Shown: one piece after another, positions 57,267-61,718 of the stretch
How positions within the stretch are numbered: the stretch's first letter is position 1
How the letters are laid out: every line of letters starts with the position of its first letter
IMG/VR virus record: IMGVR_UViG_3300025324_000012
Location: 1 to 61,718 of that record
Origin: a virus
Taxonomy: Duplodnaviria; Caudoviricetes
DNA length: 61,718 bases
Direction: 5' to 3' (one strand)
The notes under the pieces: generated by a model
The model's input: only the letters and a program-made list of their open reading frames with translations
Told to the model about the DNA's origin: nothing
Databases searched by the model: none
Made by a program: the position numbers and the translations under genes

Positions 57267-57460
57267 TGTTTACCTTCGCAGGCTTTGGGTATACCTAAAA
57301 TTGTAAGTAAATCGTCAACAAATAAATCCAATTGAGGTCCCATAACTGGACCTTTAGGAACATTTAATTGTGTTGTTTCTGGATTATTAGATGCAAATGC
57401 TCTCACGCGCATTAGAGCTTTACGCAGCTCAAATTGTTGACTAGTAGACAAGTGAATCAT
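57263..57460 (-). CDS. Hypothetical protein
   Basis: Coupled ORF. Confidence 0.6.
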   Translation of the reverse strand: MIHLSTSQQFELRKALMRVRAFASNNPETTQLNVPKGPVMGPQLDLFVDDLLTILGIPKACEGKQ

Positions 57461-57663
57461 TTGTTTAGCCCTCTTATAGCCTCCACTGCGGCTGCGATGG
57501 CTTGGGTTTTCCTACTACCTGTAGGCCCTGTGACTGAAATTTCTATTTTCAGTGGACCATCCTTACCACGCCATATCTGGACAGCTGGTATTTTTATTTC
57601 ACTTTGTGGATAATCATAAAAACAACCACCAAACTTTTTAACAGCTTTTAATCTTTTAGACAT
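57457..57663 (-). CDS. Hypothetical protein
   Basis: Coupled ORF. Confidence 0.6.
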   Translation of the reverse strand: MSKRLKAVKKFGGCFYDYPQSEIKIPAVQIWRGKDGPLKIEISVTGPTGSRKTQAIAAAVEAIRGLNK

Positions 57664-58877
57664 TATTTGTTCAGCCTCCGAACGATTCCATCATGGAATT
57701 TGTAGTCTCTCTCAACCCCCACGTATGAACGGCCTAAATTCTTGGCCGCCTCAAGGGTTACACCACTCCCCGCGAAAGGATCAAGGACTGTTGAATTGTC
57801 AAACGTGCATTGTTTTAGGATCTTCTCTAGTAGTCCAGTAGGTTTCTCATTAGGGTGTATTAACTTAACAGGTGGAACCACTGGATAAGTGAAGATTGAC
57901 GACATCTGACGATGCTCAGACAGCGCGGGGGAACCTTTAACTGCTAATAGGATAGGCTCATAATCACGTCCATACTCCCACGAACGTAAGCCGTGACTAA
58001 ACATATTAGTCTTAACCCAAATGAGGGGAAATCCTTGTACGATGAACCCAAAACGGGGTAGTTCGTTCTGGTAAATAAAGAAATCAGGTGTACTAACGAA
58101 CATATATAAGAATGCATTTGGTCTTAGCAACCTATACACTTCTTTGAATACTGCAAGGGTAAGATCGTCTTTGCGAAGTTTGTCATCCTTGTAATCCATC
58201 CAAGGCGGATCAGTAATACAGGCATCGAACCTGGCACTTTCTAGGTGGGAAAGCACTTCTCCCGACTCACCCAAATAGATTTGATTCTCTGCCTTCGGCG
58301 CAATATCAGCAACCATGCGTTGCTCGATACGCTTTGCTTCTTCCTTGACTAATTTCATTGCTGTGGTTTTATCTTGGACATTGCGTAAAGAGGGGTCCTT
58401 TACGATTGCCTCTGCTAAGCGAAGGTCCTCACTTATAACACCAAGAGCCGTATTTAGTTCTTTGGCTGTGTCACGCAATGACCAGCCTTCCTTACCGCGC
58501 CCGACTGTAGCCTTACCAAATTGCCTCTGTCTTAGATCATGCAGGGCTTTCTCCATTTCCACTTCTTCATACCAGGGCATGTTGTGTCGACGTATGTTCT
58601 CATGGATATGTAACTCCAGACTTTCGTCTGCGGTTAAGTTTTTGGGAACTACTAACGCGTCAATATGTTCCCACTTTGATATCCTGTGAGCTTCGAGTCT
58701 GTGCCGACCTGCAATAAGTTTGAATCGACCACCTTCAACAGATTCGACGGTGATACGATGGAGCATCCCGTTGTCATTTATCGACGAGATTAGACCCTGA
58801 ACTACGTCCTCTAACACGGGTTTAGCTGGATCAAAGTCTATTTTAGCCACTAGAATTTTTTGCTCTGTTCCTATCAT
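57663..58877 (-). CDS. ParB/Srx-like domain fused to an N4-C/N6-A DNA methyltransferase (beta class)
   Basis: IAGRHRL and ENI.R; TDPPW, HPNEKP, LDPFAGSG; AAGGAG RBS before 58877. Confidence 0.9.
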   Translation of the reverse strand: MIGTEQKILVAKIDFDPAKPVLEDVVQGLISSINDNGMLHRITVESVEGGRFKLIAGRHRLEAHRISKWEHIDALVVPKNLTADESLELHIHENIRRHNMPWYEEVEMEKALHDLRQRQFGKATVGRGKEGWSLRDTAKELNTALGVISEDLRLAEAIVKDPSLRNVQDKTTAMKLVKEEAKRIEQRMVADIAPKAENQIYLGESGEVLSHLESARFDACITDPPWMDYKDDKLRKDDLTLAVFKEVYRLLRPNAFLYMFVSTPDFFIYQNELPRFGFIVQGFPLIWVKTNMFSHGLRSWEYGRDYEPILLAVKGSPALSEHRQMSSIFTYPVVPPVKLIHPNEKPTGLLEKILKQCTFDNSTVLDPFAGSGVTLEAAKNLGRSYVGVERDYKFHDGIVRRLNK

Positions 58878-58947
58878 TTTACTCCTTGGAATTGAGCAGG
58901 CTTCGCACCTGCTTGGCCGCAATTAGGCATCGGCTTATGCCTTACTT

Positions 58948-59103
58948 CTACTCCTCCTCAGAAGGAATATCTACTTCTTCTAGAAGAGTCCCGTCAATTG
59001 GAGAATACTTCATTTGGTCGTAGGTGACCGTTCCAAATTCAAGGTCGATGTCTTCATCTTCCCTGACCTCAAAGTCACCATTTGCACTGACTTTCTTTTT
59101 CAT
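58948..59103 (-). CDS. Small acidic protein
   Basis: AGGAG RBS before MKKKVS. Confidence 0.55.
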   Translation of the reverse strand: MKKKVSANGDFEVREDEDIDLEFGTVTYDQMKYSPIDGTLLEEVDIPSEEE

Positions 59104-59114
59104 AGGTTTTCTCC

Positions 59115-59489
59115 TTAAGCAGCTTTGAGTGGCCTCCAATCAGCAATCTCATTGAAGTCATTGCCTTTGTTTGACTTGCTGTTCTTGATATAGGCTTCAA
59201 GTTTTTTACCGACCAACTTCTGGTCGAAATTGACTTCGAGGCCTGCCTTCACCGTTGCCCCCAAAGCAGAAACGAAGTTCTTAGCGAATCCAGGCGCATT
59301 CTCGTAATACCGAATGTTTACTGGAATTCCCTTGTAAGGGCCGTCGTTAAGAATTTTAACGGTGATTTCTGTTCCTGACACACCAGTAGAAGCAGTGATA
59401 TCTTCTACTGAGCTAATTTCAACTGCATACCAGTAAGGCTTAACCAGCGTTCCTCTGAGGATGTCCTCTTCTGAAAATGTAAATCTCAT
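59115..59489 (-). CDS. Phage single-stranded DNA-binding protein (DUF669-like OB fold)
   Basis: Follows the Sak4-like gene; N.I near the C-terminus. Confidence 0.65.
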   Translation of the reverse strand: MRFTFSEEDILRGTLVKPYWYAVEISSVEDITASTGVSGTEITVKILNDGPYKGIPVNIRYYENAPGFAKNFVSALGATVKAGLEVNFDQKLVGKKLEAYIKNSKSNKGNDFNEIADWRPLKAA

Positions 59490-59561
59490 TGTTTGTTTTG
59501 TCCTTTTTTGGTTTTTGGTTTGTGGTTTGTTTTCTTTCGTTACACAGTGTAACGCAGAACT

Positions 59562-60344
59562 TTACGCGAAAGGTTCGTTCGCGGCATAGGGAGTCTTAAT
59601 GTACTTCTGGAGAATTTCATAAAAATTCTTGTTTGTCCATTCAATTACTGGTGGAAGACCCAATACAGTGCCTGCCCAATCGTCTGCACTATAGGAGGTT
59701 CTGGCTAGGAACTTAGGCGCGACATTGCTGAATGCCTCAGACTCCACGTGGAAATGATAAGCCTCATCAAACATTGTTGGTAAATATGCAGCAATTCCCT
59801 TTGCGCCTGTCATTAGTCTCCGACTAACCGTTGTAGTTCCTGCTATAATATTGTTTCTTTCAACAGAAATGACGTGAGCTTCGAGAATGACGTGGCATGG
59901 GAGTGCTTTTAGGCCTTCAACTATACGTGACAGTCCCCTAAATTCAACTCCCCAATCAGAGACGTCTGTTAGTGGAATGTTACCACGTGTTAGTCCGCCC
60001 TTATCCTTTTTCTTTGAATCTTCACCTGTTGTTGCGCCCCTAAACTTCAAACTATATTCAATACACAAATTTGCTAGTGAAGTCAGGGAGGATACAACGA
60101 CAGTTCCATAGTCACATCTTTTATTAAGGTCTTCAATCTTCTTACACACCTCCCAAAAATCTGTGAATGTATCATATTCAATAGACTTGCCTGGGAAGGC
60201 TCTTACAAGGGATCTTATGCGTCCGTCACAGTCTATGAAGTAAGGTTCGGGGAAACTACCAGACGCTACAGTTTTGCCTGTCTTTGGCTCTCCCTTGAAT
60301 ATGCAGAACAGTCTATCACCTAATACTATATCTTTAGTGTTCAT
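59562..60344 (-). CDS. AAA_24/Sak4-like recombinase ATPase
   Basis: GEPKTGKT, ID.DG, V.SSLT, DWG, EAH, FDE. Confidence 0.85.
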   Translation of the reverse strand: MNTKDIVLGDRLFCIFKGEPKTGKTVASGSFPEPYFIDCDGRIRSLVRAFPGKSIEYDTFTDFWEVCKKIEDLNKRCDYGTVVVSSLTSLANLCIEYSLKFRGATTGEDSKKKDKGGLTRGNIPLTDVSDWGVEFRGLSRIVEGLKALPCHVILEAHVISVERNNIIAGTTTVSRRLMTGAKGIAAYLPTMFDEAYHFHVESEAFSNVAPKFLARTSYSADDWAGTVLGLPPVIEWTNKNFYEILQKYIKTPYAANEPFA

Positions 60345-60392
60345 TTTGACCTTTGTTTTTCATTGCGCCGTTGGGTCATTGCTTCGATTCCT

Positions 60393-60632
60393 CTATGCAT
60401 GCTTAAAATTGCACAGGAAAAGAAGAAAAAGGAAGAGGATAGCTGCTTCCACGAGTGAGCGTACTTCAGATCCGTGCAAGATGGGCCTACCCCATCCATC
60501 GTAGGTTCCGTCCTCAAGGAAAAAGTGCTCGGTCCCGTCCGCTGAAACAATCATCTTGGACTTTCCCGACAGTGGGAATGTCAAGGATAGTGTTTCTACT
60601 GAGCCATCATTGCGAACAACTTTTATTTTCAC
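60393..60632 (-). CDS. Hypothetical protein (frame at the 3' end uncertain; overlaps 60341..60550)
   Basis: AAAGGAG RBS before GTG. Confidence 0.5.
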   Translation of the reverse strand: MKIKVVRNDGSVETLSLTFPLSGKSKMIVSADGTEHFFLEDGTYDGWGRPILHGSEVRSLVEAAILFLFLLFLCNFKHA

Positions 60633-60783
60633 TTACGCTTCTCCTTTATCTTCGTACCTGACGTGGGTTTTGGTTTTGCACATAACCACAATGCATTCTC
60701 CAGATTCGGATTCGGTACAGATGTGCGGCTTCCCATCACTGAACCCCATCCAGAACAGCCTTGTAAACACCTTGCGCTTTTTT

Positions 60784-61200
60784 TCATGGCTCCAACTTTC
60801 CCCCGGTCGCTAGGAACGCGGCCACGGATGAGGCTTCAAATTCGGTGGGGGCTTCGGCCATAAGCGACTTCAGGGCGTGCAGTTGGTCTTCTGGGGTTCC
60901 CTTGTTGATAGGCTTCCAAAATGAAGCAGTGTACCTGCCTACGCCCCAACCCAAGCCCCAATACCACCCCATATCCTGCATCTTCTCCCTGACCATCGCG
61001 GCCTGGGCGGGGTCGGAGCAGGGGTGCCATGACTTCGCTGAAGACACCCACGTTAGCTTTTGAGCATGCTGGCGCTCCGTAACGAGCGCATTCAGCCGCT
61101 CCGTATAATTTCCTGTGTCATAGAGCTTAAGAGATTGCCATCCCATCACCACTTCCACAAGGTGCCGCTCGATCTTGGCGATTTGCTCAGGATTTAACAT
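60784..61200 (-). CDS. Phage ABA-sandwich-like protein
   Basis: V..VMGW...P.SD...A..V.EK...AA..A pattern. Confidence 0.6.
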   Translation of the reverse strand: MLNPEQIAKIERHLVEVVMGWQSLKLYDTGNYTERLNALVTERQHAQKLTWVSSAKSWHPCSDPAQAAMVREKMQDMGWYWGLGWGVGRYTASFWKPINKGTPEDQLHALKSLMAEAPTEFEASSVAAFLATGGKLEP

Positions 61201-61718
61201 TGTTTTTCTCCCACTCATTTAGGGCTGTGCTTAGGGCCAATAACTCTGACGTGGGAGGACTTTTCCTATTTCCCGCCAAATACAGCCCTAGTTCGTCTTT
61301 CAAATCCGTCGCCGCAAGGAAAAGTCTTCCCATCCGTCGCCGCAAGTTAGCGTAATACTGGTCGATAATCGGCTTGGTCCCGTCGTATAGTGGAACTTTG
61401 CCGGATGACTTCTGTTCGTTACTAATTGCACCTTCCACAGCCTTCGGGGCGTGCTTGGCTGCGTCAATCGCTTTTTGAAGATCAGACTGAAGCATGGCCA
61501 CAGCGGTTTCCAGAACCATTTCCGGCGCACCGAGCAGACATTCGGACCACTCGTCAGGGTGTTTCAAGTGTCTCTCCGCAGCCTCAATCCACTCTGGCAC
61601 CGCAGGCGGGGGAGGTTGGAGGCAGGGAATAAACTCTTTGATGATTCGCTCAGATTCCAGTGGGCCAGCATTCATAAACAACTCCTCGCAGACGTTATGC
61701 TGTCCCTCCACCCTCCCC
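61187..61718 (-). CDS. C-terminal part of the junction-spanning hypothetical protein
   Basis: In frame with 1..329 after circularisation. Confidence 0.8.
   Translation of the reverse strand, partial: GRVEGQHNVCEELFMNAGPLESERIIKEFIPCLQPPPPAVPEWIEAAERHLKHPDEWSECLLGAPEMVLETAVAMLQSDLQKAIDAAKHAPKAVEGAISNEQKSSGKVPLYDGTKPIIDQYYANLRRRMGRLFLAATDLKDELGLYLAGNRKSPPTSELLALSTALNEWEKNNVKS
61620..61718. repeat. Terminal 99-bp direct repeat, copy 2
   Basis: Identical to 1-99. Confidence 0.95.

Noticed and set aside
58889-58942. tRNA gene (T-arm-like GCAGGTGCGAAGCCTGC hairpin)
   Set aside because: No acceptor stem or cloverleaf; more likely a leader hairpin of the ParB-methyltransferase gene.
61620-61718. 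99-bp terminal repeat as a biological terminal repeat
   Set aside because: It falls in the middle of a gene and its length matches a common assembler k-mer; it indicates circularity only.
1-61718. Stop-codon recoding, and the many antisense or overlapping ORFs in the track
   Set aside because: The standard code gives dense, coupled genes using all three stops; opposite-strand ORFs shadow well-supported genes.
1-61718. Temperate lifestyle module
   Set aside because: No integrase, repressor or ParA recognised; the ParB-like domain is fused to a methyltransferase.

Overview
This window appears to be a complete, circularly assembled genome (about 61,619 bp) of a tailed dsDNA phage with podovirus-like architecture. 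Bases 1-99 are repeated at 61620-61718, and one ORF reads through the junction. The + arm (12.2-44.2 kb) carries packaging, morphogenesis and lysis genes: probable TerS, a split TerL, an ADP-ribosyltransferase-like protein, portal, scaffold, major capsid, adaptors, nozzle, fibres/spikes, ejection proteins and a GH24 lysozyme. The - arm (11.6 kb leftwards through the junction to 44.2 kb) carries early genes, a SNF2 helicase, RNA ligase, a Sak4/SSB/exonuclease recombination set, a ParB-methyltransferase, a split UDG-exonuclease-PolA and a DUF3987 ATPase. It also holds a cluster of glycosyltransferases, methyltransferases and a B12-radical SAM enzyme. I saw no integrase, repressor, RNA polymerase, primase, tRNA or CRISPR array. 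The most unusual signals are: (1) four Cys-paired fibre/spike-like proteins with Sec-type signal peptides; (2) three long-stem structured RNA candidates in the early region, one a compact three-way junction with complementary loops and its own promoter; (3) a terL gene split by a Tat-signal ORF that has a paralog upstream of terS; (4) a PolA split at the thumb/palm boundary in a genome with no visible primase; (5) a glycan-building cluster with no base hydroxymethylase. All calls come from reading motifs by eye; no searches were run.
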